From a virus, in IMG/VR virus record IMGVR_UViG_3300050030_000016: 41,343 nucleotides of DNA, one strand, 5' to 3'. The notes beneath the pieces were generated by a model that saw only the letters and a program-made list of their open reading frames with translations, searched no databases and was not told the DNA's origin. Positions 26,735-35,604 of this stretch are shown here, one piece after another (position 1 is the stretch's first letter; the number at the start of each line of letters is the position of its first letter). The translations under genes were made by a program, and so were the position numbers.

Positions 26735-26907
26735 CGCATCTCCCCGACCGTTAGATTTTCAAATGTGGGCTTCTTCTTCGCGACCCTCTTATGGTATAGC
26801 TCCTTCTCGTAGGCGATCTTATCGTACTGAAATTCCTCTATTAGAATCCACAAGATACCGGCATCCAGCAGCATACAGACGACCGCTATAAGCCTGTCCC
26901 AATTCAT
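26731..26907 (-). CDS. small membrane protein
   Basis: ATG 26907 (ATGA overlap with the HNH stop) is preferred over 26955. It contains one TM span, LIAVVCMLLDAGILWILI. Confidence 0.55.
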   Translation of the reverse strand: MNWDRLIAVVCMLLDAGILWILIEEFQYDKIAYEKELYHKRVAKKKPTFENLTVGEMR

Positions 26908-27197
26908 TTCTTGGCCCCCTTCTTCGAGTTGCACAGAGTACACAACGGCTGACACGCCCCATAGAGCATACGCTTAATGTATGGGACAAGCTCCTCTATC
27001 GTATACGCTCTAGTTCCTACAGGGTCCACATGGTCCCACTCGGTAGCTTGCGATTTGCACAGGGCACATTTAGTATAGTTCTTCTGAGACAGTAGGCTGT
27101 ACGGCCTATTCTCCCCATACTGCATCCATCGGCGACGAATATCCTTGCAAAGAAACATGAGGAACCGATCATTTCCAGTGAATTGTTTTTTACCCAT
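26904..27197 (-). CDS. HNH endonuclease
   Basis: ATG 27197 is preferred over 27284. CALCKSQATEWDHVDPVG...CQPLCTLCNSKKG is an HNH/zinc motif. Confidence 0.75.
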   Translation of the reverse strand: MGKKQFTGNDRFLMFLCKDIRRRWMQYGENRPYSLLSQKNYTKCALCKSQATEWDHVDPVGTRAYTIEELVPYIKRMLYGACQPLCTLCNSKKGAKK

Positions 27198-27423
27198 TTT
27201 TTTTCCCCGCCGTCTTTTCCCAGGCTTTATATGCGTCCAATGTTTCATCGTCGTAACCATGGAACTGTTTATCGAAGGTATCAAGCGCCTCTTCCGCCGC
27301 TTCCAGGCGGGCGATGATGGCGTCTATTTGGCATCGGCAATGCGGCTTATGGTCAGAAGTAGAACAAGCCAAATTCCATCCGTCCTCTCGCAACCGGTCT
27401 AAATCGTCATCTGTAAATGTCAT
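27190..27423 (-). CDS. MTFTDDDL-family protein, copy B
   Basis: ATG 27423 has an ATGA overlap with the polymerase stop. Paralogous to 31948..32217 (MTFTDDDL.RL.E...ARLEAAE...AW.K.AGK). Confidence 0.65.
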   Translation of the reverse strand: MTFTDDDLDRLREDGWNLACSTSDHKPHCRCQIDAIIARLEAAEEALDTFDKQFHGYDDETLDAYKAWEKTAGKKNG

Positions 27424-29252
27424 CCTTTCGCCTCCGCCCACGTCTTACCGTATCCTACCTCGGCCCGCAGCTTTAGAGTGGGCATCCAAGAAATGGGCCG
27501 CTCCATGGCGTCCCGTAGGGTATTCGCATACTCAGCTGAGAATCCCCGTTCTGCTACAGCTAAAATCTCGTCATGCACCTGTCCCACGCAATTGACACCG
27601 GCGTCAACTGCCCGCTTTATGGCCGTTTTACAAATTTCACCCGCGAGCGCCTGGCAGATGTTCTCGACGAGCTTTCCGCCGTATATCTTGGACTCCTCCG
27701 AGGCGTACCTTTTAATGAAATGGTCATAGACCCATTCATTAGAGAACTCGTTCCCACGGAACTTGCGGGATGCCACTCTAAGTCCGGGAAATACCAAACG
27801 TAGGCCAGAAGGTAGGGTAAGCGACTCCTTACCAATTTTAAGAAACGGAGCAAACGGCACAATGTTGGTACGCCCCTCACGCATAAGGGGCAGAAGCATT
27901 TCAGCCCTCCGCCAAAGCTTAGGAATGTTGAAATACGTTTCACGGTAGAGCGTAACAACCCGACGGGCTTCTTCTTCACTGATGTCCTCCCCGATGTCTT
28001 GTTTTACCTTAGCCTGAAACTTAGCCCATCCCATATTGTACCCCAACCCTAAAATACACGTCTTACCAAACATTCGCTCCTTTGGATCGGTCTGTTTGGT
28101 AACCGTCCGACCGTACACCATGGACGCAAACTCCGAGTAGATGTCCCGCTCTTGTGTAAATGCCGCCATCAGCTTCGGCTCCTGGGACAGCCAGGCAACT
28201 AATCTAGCTTCAATTTGCGAGAAGTCACCCACAACAAGGCTACACCCCGGAGGCGAAATGACTGATTGCCGGAGGGGACCGACCCGTGGGAAATTTTGAG
28301 GGTTTCCCCCGGCTCCACTTCCACCAGAATATCGGTGTGTTTGGACAGCACCGGAATACTGTACATCGAATGGCCATGGCCCTGTTTTTGAGATCTCATA
28401 TAGTTTCTTCCCCCTAGTTTCTAAGATTGATGATTTCGCAGCCAAGCGGCCAGCGTACAGTATAGGGTCCAACGCTTCGAGTTCCCTAAGTCCAGCGTCC
28501 GTTCTAGAGAAAGCTGGAATTGTTTTACCTGTTCGAGGACTGGTTTTTGTGGATACTGCATGGCCTCGTGCCGCAACCAGCTCGGCAAACTTAACGTTTG
28601 ATCGTAACTGCTCGGCAGAATAACCCGTCGCGTCCACACATGTACCCCGTCGAATATGTTCATCCTGTACCGCCTTTTCGAGTTTATCCGTATCGAGAAC
28701 CAACTTAGGTTCAATGAACGCCCTAGCGCACCAGTCCATGCTAAATAGCTGCTCCTGGGGGAACTGGGGGGACAGTTTATTCCATATAGCCGCACAAATT
28801 CGTGTGTCCGTCATACAATATTCTGCTAGTTCTACGGCCTGGGCCGCCGTCAATTGTAAAATCCCGTCGGTCTTTAGTTCTCCTTTGGGTTCTATACCTA
28901 AGTACGCGGCCAAGCGCCTTAGAGAATATCCATCTATGCTCGGTCCAAGTACCGCCCGAGCAAGCGATTGTGTATCGTAGTAAGCCGCCGGACGGACATT
29001 GTAGATCCATGATAATATACTCCCATCGAATTTGACATTGTGCGCCACAACGGCGGTAGTGGGCCAGTTAATTTGGCTAAGGAAATACGTAGGCTCCTTA
29101 TCGAAGAAACAGACCTCTCCCCACTTGAACCCCATCCCTTGCACCTTGAACTTAGGATGGCGGATGTATTCCGTCATACTGATCGAACGTAAATCAAACT
29201 TTTCTTTCCTATTGTAGTACGTTTCGAAATCACAAAATAACAAATCTAGCAT
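27420..29252 (-). CDS. family A DNA polymerase with 3'-5' exonuclease domain
   Basis: Exo motifs CDFETYY, HNVKFDGS and YCMTDT. Polymerase motif A is GDFSQIEARLVAW, motif B is RMFGKTCILGLGYNMG, and motif C is QVHDEIL. Confidence 0.9.
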   Translation of the reverse strand: MLDLLFCDFETYYNRKEKFDLRSISMTEYIRHPKFKVQGMGFKWGEVCFFDKEPTYFLSQINWPTTAVVAHNVKFDGSILSWIYNVRPAAYYDTQSLARAVLGPSIDGYSLRRLAAYLGIEPKGELKTDGILQLTAAQAVELAEYCMTDTRICAAIWNKLSPQFPQEQLFSMDWCARAFIEPKLVLDTDKLEKAVQDEHIRRGTCVDATGYSAEQLRSNVKFAELVAARGHAVSTKTSPRTGKTIPAFSRTDAGLRELEALDPILYAGRLAAKSSILETRGKKLYEISKTGPWPFDVQYSGAVQTHRYSGGSGAGGNPQNFPRVGPLRQSVISPPGCSLVVGDFSQIEARLVAWLSQEPKLMAAFTQERDIYSEFASMVYGRTVTKQTDPKERMFGKTCILGLGYNMGWAKFQAKVKQDIGEDISEEEARRVVTLYRETYFNIPKLWRRAEMLLPLMREGRTNIVPFAPFLKIGKESLTLPSGLRLVFPGLRVASRKFRGNEFSNEWVYDHFIKRYASEESKIYGGKLVENICQALAGEICKTAIKRAVDAGVNCVGQVHDEILAVAERGFSAEYANTLRDAMERPISWMPTLKLRAEVGYGKTWAEAKG

Positions 29253-29626
29253 TTACTCCCCCTGGGGTCTAGGCGGATGTCTACAGCGTCTTCGTCAGAG
29301 TACCCGCGCTTCATTTTTTCCTTCACCATCTCAGCCCCAGCGAGGCCAAATGCGACAGCAGCCGCGTGGTCTTCTGTTTCGTCCCCATCCAACCATTGGA
29401 ACATATGCCGCAGAGCCGACGCTTTAAACCTTTTGAGCGCTGCTTCGTCGTTCGCAAGCCGCCAGTTTTCTTCTCCATACTTAGCAGCTCCCCTCGCCAT
29501 CAAGTCGGCCCAACGACGTAAAAAGGTCCGGTCGATAAGATCGTAACGCGGCTTCCCAGCCTGGGTATCCCGGACCATACCCGATGAAAAGTGTTCTCTC
29601 TCGCCAGAATCTTTCGTCTCGTACAT
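29246..29626 (-). CDS. dATP/dGTP pyrophosphohydrolase N-domain-like protein (MazZ-like)
   Basis: SD AGGAG. DTQAGKPRYDLIDRTFLRRWADLMARGAAKYGEENW...ALRHMFQW resembles the dGTP_diPhyd_N-type domain. Recalled, not searched. Confidence 0.55.
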   Translation of the reverse strand: MYETKDSGEREHFSSGMVRDTQAGKPRYDLIDRTFLRRWADLMARGAAKYGEENWRLANDEAALKRFKASALRHMFQWLDGDETEDHAAAVAFGLAGAEMVKEKMKRGYSDEDAVDIRLDPRGSKC

Positions 29627-29726
29627 ATTCGGCTCCTATGGGTTCGGTATGCTCGGTAACAACGTGATAATGTAATCCGCCGGGGGCTTGTAATTCGCTA
29701 CAGGTGCACTCTACGATGTGGGTCAT
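29481..29726 (-). CDS. doubtful ORF overlapping the next gene by 146 nt
   Basis: The ATG is coupled (ATGA) to the upstream mini-ORF and the N-terminus is MTHIVECTCSE. However, the long out-of-frame overlap with 29246..29626 makes the listed 3' extent doubtful. Confidence 0.3.
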   Translation of the reverse strand: MTHIVECTCSELQAPGGLHYHVVTEHTEPIGAEYVRDERFWRERTLFIGYGPGYPGWEAALRSYRPDLFTSLGRLDGEGSC

Positions 29727-29863
29727 TCTTTATCCTCCTCGTCTTCCTCTTGCCAGCCTCTGGAGTGGGCCTCATAAAGATCGGCATAGCATTCACACCT
29801 ACGTACAATACAGTGATAGGAGTTATGGTAGATTGACTCGTGGTCGCACTCTTTGCACTTCAT
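29723..29863 (-). CDS. 46-aa Cys/His-rich mini-protein (not in ORF track)
   Basis: MKCKECDHESIYHNSYHCIVRRCECYADLYEAHSRGWQEEDEEDKE. ATGA overlaps at both ends. Confidence 0.5.
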   Translation of the reverse strand: MKCKECDHESIYHNSYHCIVRRCECYADLYEAHSRGWQEEDEEDKE

Positions 29864-30981
29864 TTGCCCTCCAAACGCGCTAGTATAATGTCTATGTATG
29901 CTTGTTCCTTTTCAATGAGGATGTACTTGCGTCCCGTATTGGCGCAAGCTACTCCCGTCGTACCGCTGCCAGCAAACGGATCTAGCACAATGCCGCCTGT
30001 AGGGGTCTTCGTCAGCGTGCAAAGGTACTCCATGAGCTTGAGGGGCTTGACCGTGGGGTGATGGTTGGCCCTCGGTGTATTCTTATGTTCGCTATGGACG
30101 CCGTCGTCTGCCAGCCCGTACTTCTGGGGGGTCTCTTTAGCTTCCATCCCCTCGCACCCCGCATTCCGCTCACTCTTCGACGCCTTGGCGCAGTAGAAGA
30201 AGCGGGATGGCTCCCCCAGCATCGCCCCCGCCTCTTCGTCTAAGATTAAATTGGCGGGCCAGCGGCCTTCTTTCGCGACCACTGGCGTCGTCACCATGCC
30301 TTCAACGCCCTTCCCTTGTGTTCCTCCGAATTGGCCCTTACTATAGGCCCTAGTTAGGGGTGTTTTCTTACCCGGCGCATCAATCCGCCCCCCATCCACA
30401 TTCAACCCCGCCACGCCCCACTTCTCCGCGTTCTCGGCAAACGTTCCCTCTATCGGCTTCATGGCGACGATGATCGGCTCCCAGGCGGGTTTTAGGGCTG
30501 TTCCCCAGCCTGACCACTCATGAGCTAGATCTGTAATCGGCTCCGAAATATCTGTCATGCCCGAAGCTCCCAGCGCGATAGGTCCCGCTTGCTCGGGGAG
30601 ATTGCCTTTCTTTGTCGGTACGAGTTCCCGTTTTCGCTCCGCCCCCTTCAACTTATCAATCGCCTTGGAGATATCAAGCGACTTCGGAAACCCCGAGCCG
30701 TAAAGCCACATCATACAATCGCGCAATTCCCATCCCGCATCCTCGATAGCACAAGTCATCCTGTGATATGTTCGCGTGCCACCGAACGCCAGCAGCATTG
30801 CGCCGGGTTTGCAGACTCGTAGCATCTCAGCCCAGAATGGAACACCGGGCACCCCTTTGTCCCACTCTTTGCCCATAAACGATAGGCCATAGGGGGGATC
30901 TGTGATAATCGTATCGACATGATTAGCGGGCAACAGCTTCATGTCCTCTAAACAGTCTCCGTGATAGATGTCGCCGCTCAT
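29860..30981 (-). CDS. DNA methyltransferase (N6-A/N4-C, beta-type motif order)
   Basis: ATG 30981 (GGAGA SD, ATGA coupling) is preferred over 31002. Motif IV is IITDPPYG and motif I is VLDPFAGSGTTG near the C-terminus. Confidence 0.85.
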   Translation of the reverse strand: MSGDIYHGDCLEDMKLLPANHVDTIITDPPYGLSFMGKEWDKGVPGVPFWAEMLRVCKPGAMLLAFGGTRTYHRMTCAIEDAGWELRDCMMWLYGSGFPKSLDISKAIDKLKGAERKRELVPTKKGNLPEQAGPIALGASGMTDISEPITDLAHEWSGWGTALKPAWEPIIVAMKPIEGTFAENAEKWGVAGLNVDGGRIDAPGKKTPLTRAYSKGQFGGTQGKGVEGMVTTPVVAKEGRWPANLILDEEAGAMLGEPSRFFYCAKASKSERNAGCEGMEAKETPQKYGLADDGVHSEHKNTPRANHHPTVKPLKLMEYLCTLTKTPTGGIVLDPFAGSGTTGVACANTGRKYILIEKEQAYIDIILARLEGK

Positions 30982-31193
30982 TTCACATCTCCATTTTGCC
31001 ATTGTTTACGAACCTCATACGGTATAACATGCAACGCAAAGAACACAAAGAACGCCAACGCAAATGCCCGTTCGAACGGATTGGGCCACAGGCGTTGTGC
31101 AATATCGTCTACGGTGGTCCAGCGGGGATTAGTTCCCCATCTCGCCATGATAGAGCGGTACTCCAAGTACGTTCTATCGCCGGGTATGGTCAT
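30978..31193 (-). CDS. hypothetical protein with C-terminal hydrophobic segment
   Basis: ATG 31193 has SD GGGAGAA. The alternative is GTG 31232, as in the track. No motif. Confidence 0.5.
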   Translation of the reverse strand: MTIPGDRTYLEYRSIMARWGTNPRWTTVDDIAQRLWPNPFERAFALAFFVFFALHVIPYEVRKQWQNGDVK

Positions 31194-31233
31194 ATCTGGA
31201 TTCTCCCTATGTTCCGCATCAACGAACGGCACG

Positions 31234-31782
31234 TTAGCGCCACGCCATAATCTGATCGTACACCCATCTTGGTAATGATCGTCTAATCATCTTCGTTCTC
31301 CATGCCCATCTCTTCCATCGACTCGACCACATCCGACTCATAAACTCCGCTGCCGAATGGGCTGAAAATGTCACACTGTCGTCCTCGAACGCCGCTACTG
31401 ATACTGCCGTACCCTGTGCCAGGACAATAACTGTCGGTTTCCATAGTACCCCCCTGTTCAAACAGTATTCCCGCGTCATCCCGAGCGATGTCATTTCAGC
31501 GTGGTCGAATAGTACAGCATGGGATATGTATCTTATAATGTATTTGTCCCTCGCCCAGAAACCCCGCACCTGTTCCTTGTCATAATTAATGAGTTTAACA
31601 TGGTCTATCTTAACGCCTTCTTCGAGTACGGGGCTAATCCCTTTGATACCGAATAGGGCGAGGGTTTCAACGACGAACTGTGCCCGGTGAACCATCTCCG
31701 CCTTGTCGCGGCCTGTCATTTTGCACGCGACATACACGATAAGACTGTCACCGAATAGCCATCTATGCAGCTTGCGTATCAT
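31234..31782 (-). CDS. DUF4406 / nucleoside 2-deoxyribosyltransferase-like protein
   Basis: ATG 31782 with SD GAGGTG. VYVACKMTGRDKAE...F....L...GIKGISPV and LFDHAEMTSLGMTRE resemble the YIAGPMTG and S.G..E pattern. Confidence 0.5.
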   Translation of the reverse strand: MIRKLHRWLFGDSLIVYVACKMTGRDKAEMVHRAQFVVETLALFGIKGISPVLEEGVKIDHVKLINYDKEQVRGFWARDKYIIRYISHAVLFDHAEMTSLGMTREYCLNRGVLWKPTVIVLAQGTAVSVAAFEDDSVTFSAHSAAEFMSRMWSSRWKRWAWRTKMIRRSLPRWVYDQIMAWR

Positions 31783-31951
31783 CGTAGCACCTCGCAAAGC
31801 AATCCATATGGATCATTCGCAAACAGTCCGTCGGCTTTTCTATCGCAAATACAACGCTACTGGGCACCTTGTGGAAGACGGTTACGACAGCCGCTACAAT
31901 CTCGTCTTCGTCCTCTAGTTCCTTGTGGCAAACGTCACATGATTTTATCAT
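31763..31951 (-). CDS. zinc-binding mini-protein
   Basis: ATG 31951 (ATGA coupling) is preferred over 31972. CDVC...H.DC..C. Confidence 0.5.
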   Translation of the reverse strand: MIKSCDVCHKELEDEDEIVAAVVTVFHKVPSSVVFAIEKPTDCLRMIHMDCFARCYDDTQAA

Positions 31952-32217
31952 TTCCCCGCCGCCTTGCGCCAAGCTTCTTCTTTTTCCTTCACCAATTCCT
32001 GAAGCACATAGCCATCGCCATCAGAAGTGTCAAAGTCCTCTTGAGTGCAAGCCGCTAAGCTCCTTTGAGCGTCGGCTAATTTTTCCGCCGCTTCCAGGCG
32101 GGCGAGGAGAGCGTCACAAAGATCAGACGCAAGAGGCACATAGCCAGATCTGATGGTAGTCTTGTGGTACTCGTTGTTCTCTTTCAACCGCTTCAAATCG
32201 TCGTCGGTGAAGGTCAT
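31948..32217 (-). CDS. MTFTDDDL-family protein, copy A
   Basis: ATG 32217 (ATGA coupling) is preferred over 32250. Paralogue of 27190..27423, including a 23-nt identical DNA core. Confidence 0.65.
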   Translation of the reverse strand: MTFTDDDLKRLKENNEYHKTTIRSGYVPLASDLCDALLARLEAAEKLADAQRSLAACTQEDFDTSDGDGYVLQELVKEKEEAWRKAAGK

Positions 32218-32303
32218 GAGTTCATCCATTTCTTGAAATCTAGCCAGCAAATGTCATGACAAGCGAACTTATGTGGTTTATTGCACCAGAAGCATTTACG
32301 CAT
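32214..32303 (-). CDS. 29-aa zinc-ribbon-like mini-protein (not in ORF track)
   Basis: MRKCFWCNKPHKFACHDICWLDFKKWMNS. It starts 1 nt after the upstream stop and ends in an ATGA overlap. Confidence 0.4.
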   Translation of the reverse strand: MRKCFWCNKPHKFACHDICWLDFKKWMNS

Positions 32304-32304
32304 A

Positions 32305-32406
32305 TTAGTCCTCACGGAGAGCTTCAATCGCCCTTCTGATCTTGCCCAACTCTTCGATCATAACCTTTTCAAACAGCGTCAAACTATTATAGTCATTGAC
32401 CGTCAT
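32305..32406 (-). CDS. 33-aa mini-protein (not in ORF track)
   Basis: MTVNDYNSLTLFEKVMIEELGKIRRAIEALRED. ATGA overlap with the primase-helicase stop. Confidence 0.4.
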   Translation of the reverse strand: MTVNDYNSLTLFEKVMIEELGKIRRAIEALRED

Positions 32407-33908
32407 TGTCTAACCCCCGCCACTACGATACCGTCCTGGGTATCCGCTATGGTTGTATTAAAGCATGGGACGCATTGGGACAAGGTACTCTTTGTGTGCC
32501 ATACCGTCGAGGTGCGGTCGTCATATCGTCGCACAGTAAGCACGGTTTCTGCTGCCGCCACCTTTCCGATACTTCCCACGATCCTACCAGCGCTAGGCGC
32601 CTCGTTGTTGGCAATGTCGCCATAGGCGGCTTTTCCTTCGTGGTCCACGAACAGAAACGTACACCCGATCTCGTTACGTAATACTTTAACCCGTTCCAAC
32701 ATTCCCTGTATTGCCATTCTATCATTTTCGTCCCCCACATGAAACGTAGCGAATGAGTCCACGATAACTAGATCCGGTCTCAACTCTTCGAGCTCGTCTT
32801 TAAAAGCTCGATAACTAGCGTCGAGGTCAAGTCTCGTAGTAGTTCCGCATCGGATAAACAATGAATCTTTGAGATCATCAACTCGAAGTCCTTTAGCGGA
32901 AATGATATTCTTGAATCGTCGTTGTGTTTCACCTTTGAACCTCTCTTGGTCGATGAATAGCACTCTTGCCTTTTCCACTGGAAATAGATTTAACCATTTC
33001 CCCCCACCTCGCGCACATTCCACAGCTAAGTCGATCAATAACCACGTCTTCATTACCTCGGGTAAACCAGCGACAAAACCGACGCTCTTTCGAGCGAATA
33101 TCCCGGGCACTAGCCATGAAACTGCCTCCTCGGATTCGAGGAATGTCCCAATACTGGGAGTCGGCCCGTTGCCAGCCGTAGTCTCCTCGCGCTCGTAGCG
33201 AGTGATGCTGCGAACCACTTTATCAAGATCAGCAAAGGAACAACGAACAGCATGAGGATGAAGTAGAGCACGTATAGTAACAGGGTCAAGGCCACTATGG
33301 TGCAACTTACCAACAACTCTGGCAAATGTCGCATCACGATTTCCCTCCTTCAAACCACTCAGGGCATCTTGTATCCACCCTGTTCCAAGCTGTGATGAAG
33401 GCTTGGCAGTTGGGGTCACCGCAGACGGGAAGACCGGGAACGCAGGCAGCCCATTCGCACATGACGCAGAAACTAACCACTGGTACCGCTTTCCGTTCGG
33501 GTGGATTGATGGCGGGGCTACGACGTAATTTCCGTTTGCCCTTATATCCACATTTTCTGCCACTACTGACGCGTTTCCGCATAAACCCTCCGGACATCTA
33601 TAAAAAAGCTGTCTGCCTTCTCCAGTCAAAGATGTCAAGGTAGACGATAGGGCCAGTCGAATCCCGTTCGCTATTCCGATCGATTTGTCTAAATCCACAA
33701 CTGCAACCCCGCTTATCATACCCGTCACAATTCCGACGTTTGCACTCGGACAATCCGCCCACCACTTTCTTATTTCGCTTTCGCTTGCTCTTCGCTGCTG
33801 GTATTCTAACCATGTGAATAATGGCGTCTTCTGCCCCGGTTTCAATGGTATCACGGACCAGCCCATCTTGGAATATCTCAAAGCCGCTTGCATGAGTAGA
33901 TTCATCAT
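32403..33908 (-). CDS. bifunctional primase-polymerase (prim-pol) fused to RepA/DnaB-like RecA-type ATPase
   Basis: N-terminus GWSVIPLKPGQKTP...NVGIVTG..SGVAVVDLD (prim-pol). C-terminus AGLPEVMKT (deviant P-loop), VLFIDQE, LVIVDSFATFH. Confidence 0.75.
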   Translation of the reverse strand: MMNLLMQAALRYSKMGWSVIPLKPGQKTPLFTWLEYQQRRASESEIRKWWADCPSANVGIVTGMISGVAVVDLDKSIGIANGIRLALSSTLTSLTGEGRQLFYRCPEGLCGNASVVAENVDIRANGNYVVAPPSIHPNGKRYQWLVSASCANGLPAFPVFPSAVTPTAKPSSQLGTGWIQDALSGLKEGNRDATFARVVGKLHHSGLDPVTIRALLHPHAVRCSFADLDKVVRSITRYEREETTAGNGPTPSIGTFLESEEAVSWLVPGIFARKSVGFVAGLPEVMKTWLLIDLAVECARGGGKWLNLFPVEKARVLFIDQERFKGETQRRFKNIISAKGLRVDDLKDSLFIRCGTTTRLDLDASYRAFKDELEELRPDLVIVDSFATFHVGDENDRMAIQGMLERVKVLRNEIGCTFLFVDHEGKAAYGDIANNEAPSAGRIVGSIGKVAAAETVLTVRRYDDRTSTVWHTKSTLSQCVPCFNTTIADTQDGIVVAGVRQ

Positions 33909-34591
33909 TTCGCCTCACAGGTTTCCTCCGGTAAGACAATGGCGTTTTCTTTAAAGTATTTCTCCGCCACTTTGTTCAATTCCCACATGCGCCTACACTG
34001 TAAGAAGTCCTCGTATACCTTCGGATCGAACTTGTGGTGATGCGGATACAACTTTCCCGTCTCTGGATTATACGTCCAAAAGAAGATATTGTCAAGGGGT
34101 ATCTTCCAGGGTACCGGCTTTAGTTCGTCCGTCTCGGTGTCGTGCATCATATTGCACATCGCATATCCATGTTCGTTCATCAATAGTCCGTAGTCTGCAA
34201 ATCGACCCTTACACTTATCATCCCCTATTGCCCATTTCTCCCCATCGTAGAACACGAGATCCGGGCTACCATGATAACCATCTAACGTGTTAACTAGGTG
34301 CGGTTCGGCCACGAGAGTAACGCCTTTCCACCCTTCGCCCCATGCCAGCCATTCACCCAGGACAATCTTGTGGAACTTGGAACGTGGCTTCTTACCCGTC
34401 TTTCTGTACTCCTCGAACATCGTCGCAACAGCGGTGCCACGATCGCGAGCCTCGCCGCTTAGTCTATCGCACTCCTCGAACCCATGTTTACGATACCACC
34501 TATTAAGCCCTTCCTTCGATAGAACACCCGTTATAGTGCTTACCGATGGCAAGCGAACGCCGTCGAGCCGATAGTTTGTAATATGGGGCAT
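33905..34591 (-). CDS. PD-(D/E)XK family nuclease
   Basis: YHGSPDLVFYDGEKWAIGDDKCK is a PD...(D/E)xK motif. 228 aa, in the replication module. Confidence 0.65.
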   Translation of the reverse strand: MPHITNYRLDGVRLPSVSTITGVLSKEGLNRWYRKHGFEECDRLSGEARDRGTAVATMFEEYRKTGKKPRSKFHKIVLGEWLAWGEGWKGVTLVAEPHLVNTLDGYHGSPDLVFYDGEKWAIGDDKCKGRFADYGLLMNEHGYAMCNMMHDTETDELKPVPWKIPLDNIFFWTYNPETGKLYPHHHKFDPKVYEDFLQCRRMWELNKVAEKYFKENAIVLPEETCEAK

Positions 34592-34834
34592 CTAACTATA
34601 CCACCTTTCCCAAAAGTAACCGTATGGTATACCTAACCAGTGAGTAATTAACAGTATTACATTACGGTAATGCACATCTTCCCACGAGGTAGCCAAGGCC
34701 ATACAAGGACAAACCGCCACTGAGCCGCAGCAATTTTCTTCTTCATAGTCGTAACCGCAAAGAAAACAACACCCCCGGCTACCATTGGCTCCCTCTACAC
34801 ACCCGCCAGTAAAATGCCATTCTCCCCGTTTCAT
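34592..34834 (-). CDS. Cys-rich hypothetical protein
   Basis: 80 aa with 10 Cys in the first 45 aa (GGC...GCCFLCGYDYEEENCCGSVAVCPC). SD GAGAGGA. Confidence 0.55.
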   Translation of the reverse strand: MKRGEWHFTGGCVEGANGSRGCCFLCGYDYEEENCCGSVAVCPCMALATSWEDVHYRNVILLITHWLGIPYGYFWERWYS

Positions 34835-35179
34835 CTATTTTGTCCTCTCCGCAATGTACGCCAGCCCATCATCTGCAAGTGTACGTACAACCTCTTTGAG
34901 AGCCTCAACGTCGGCAGCGTATCCCAACAGAGCAGGGTTAGACGCCGCTGCTTGCCAGCATCCTTGTGCCTGGATCTGTCGAGATTTCAAGTCGAGCGGG
35001 GGCCTTGTCTCAACTTTAACCGCCGCTTTAACTTCCTCGTTAGTCGCCGTAATAACGCTAGCCATACCTTTGATTGCTTCCGTGTTGCGCGAGATCATTC
35101 CCATTTTATTTACCCCTCTTATTTGCTTCTTGCATGGCCCTCGTAGCCCATCGGCAGTTCGTGGGTTCATAGTTTCCAT
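34835..35179 (-). CDS. hypothetical protein
   Basis: 114 aa. An alternative start at 35104 (GAGGGG SD) is possible. No motif. Confidence 0.5.
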   Translation of the reverse strand: METMNPRTADGLRGPCKKQIRGVNKMGMISRNTEAIKGMASVITATNEEVKAAVKVETRPPLDLKSRQIQAQGCWQAAASNPALLGYAADVEALKEVVRTLADDGLAYIAERTK

Positions 35180-35205
35180 TTACATCTATCCAGGTGGTGG
35201 ATTGA

Positions 35206-35604
35206 CTAGGCAAGCAATTCTACCTCAAATTGATGAGGTTTACCACCGCGACCCGTCGCTTTTCCAAGCCCGAGATATGTGAACAGGACAATATCGCCAT
35301 CCTTGGTTTGCTTCAACGCATTGTTGAGGCGCGTAGGTGGAAACACCGTCACTTTATCGCCGGGGGCAACGTCAACCGAAGTATACTCTTTGCTCCCTTG
35401 CTTTTTCTGCATCGTGTCCATATCCGTATCAATGACCGACAGAATATAGATGTCGCGCATCCTCGCGCTGCCATCCTCGTTCTTATATGCACTCTTAATC
35501 TGTTTGCGGCTTTCGATCTTGCCCTTGAAGTATTGCCCCTTCGTTGTGGCAACGTTCACCACGATATCACTTGACATATTATTCGAGTCTGTGCTAAGTT
35601 TCAT
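35206..35604 (-). CDS. hypothetical protein (possible OB-fold/ssDNA-binding by position only)
   Basis: 132 aa with SD GGAGGAAG and TAATG coupling. It sits in the replication arm. No motif recognised. Confidence 0.55.
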   Translation of the reverse strand: MKLSTDSNNMSSDIVVNVATTKGQYFKGKIESRKQIKSAYKNEDGSARMRDIYILSVIDTDMDTMQKKQGSKEYTSVDVAPGDKVTVFPPTRLNNALKQTKDGDIVLFTYLGLGKATGRGGKPHQFEVELLA

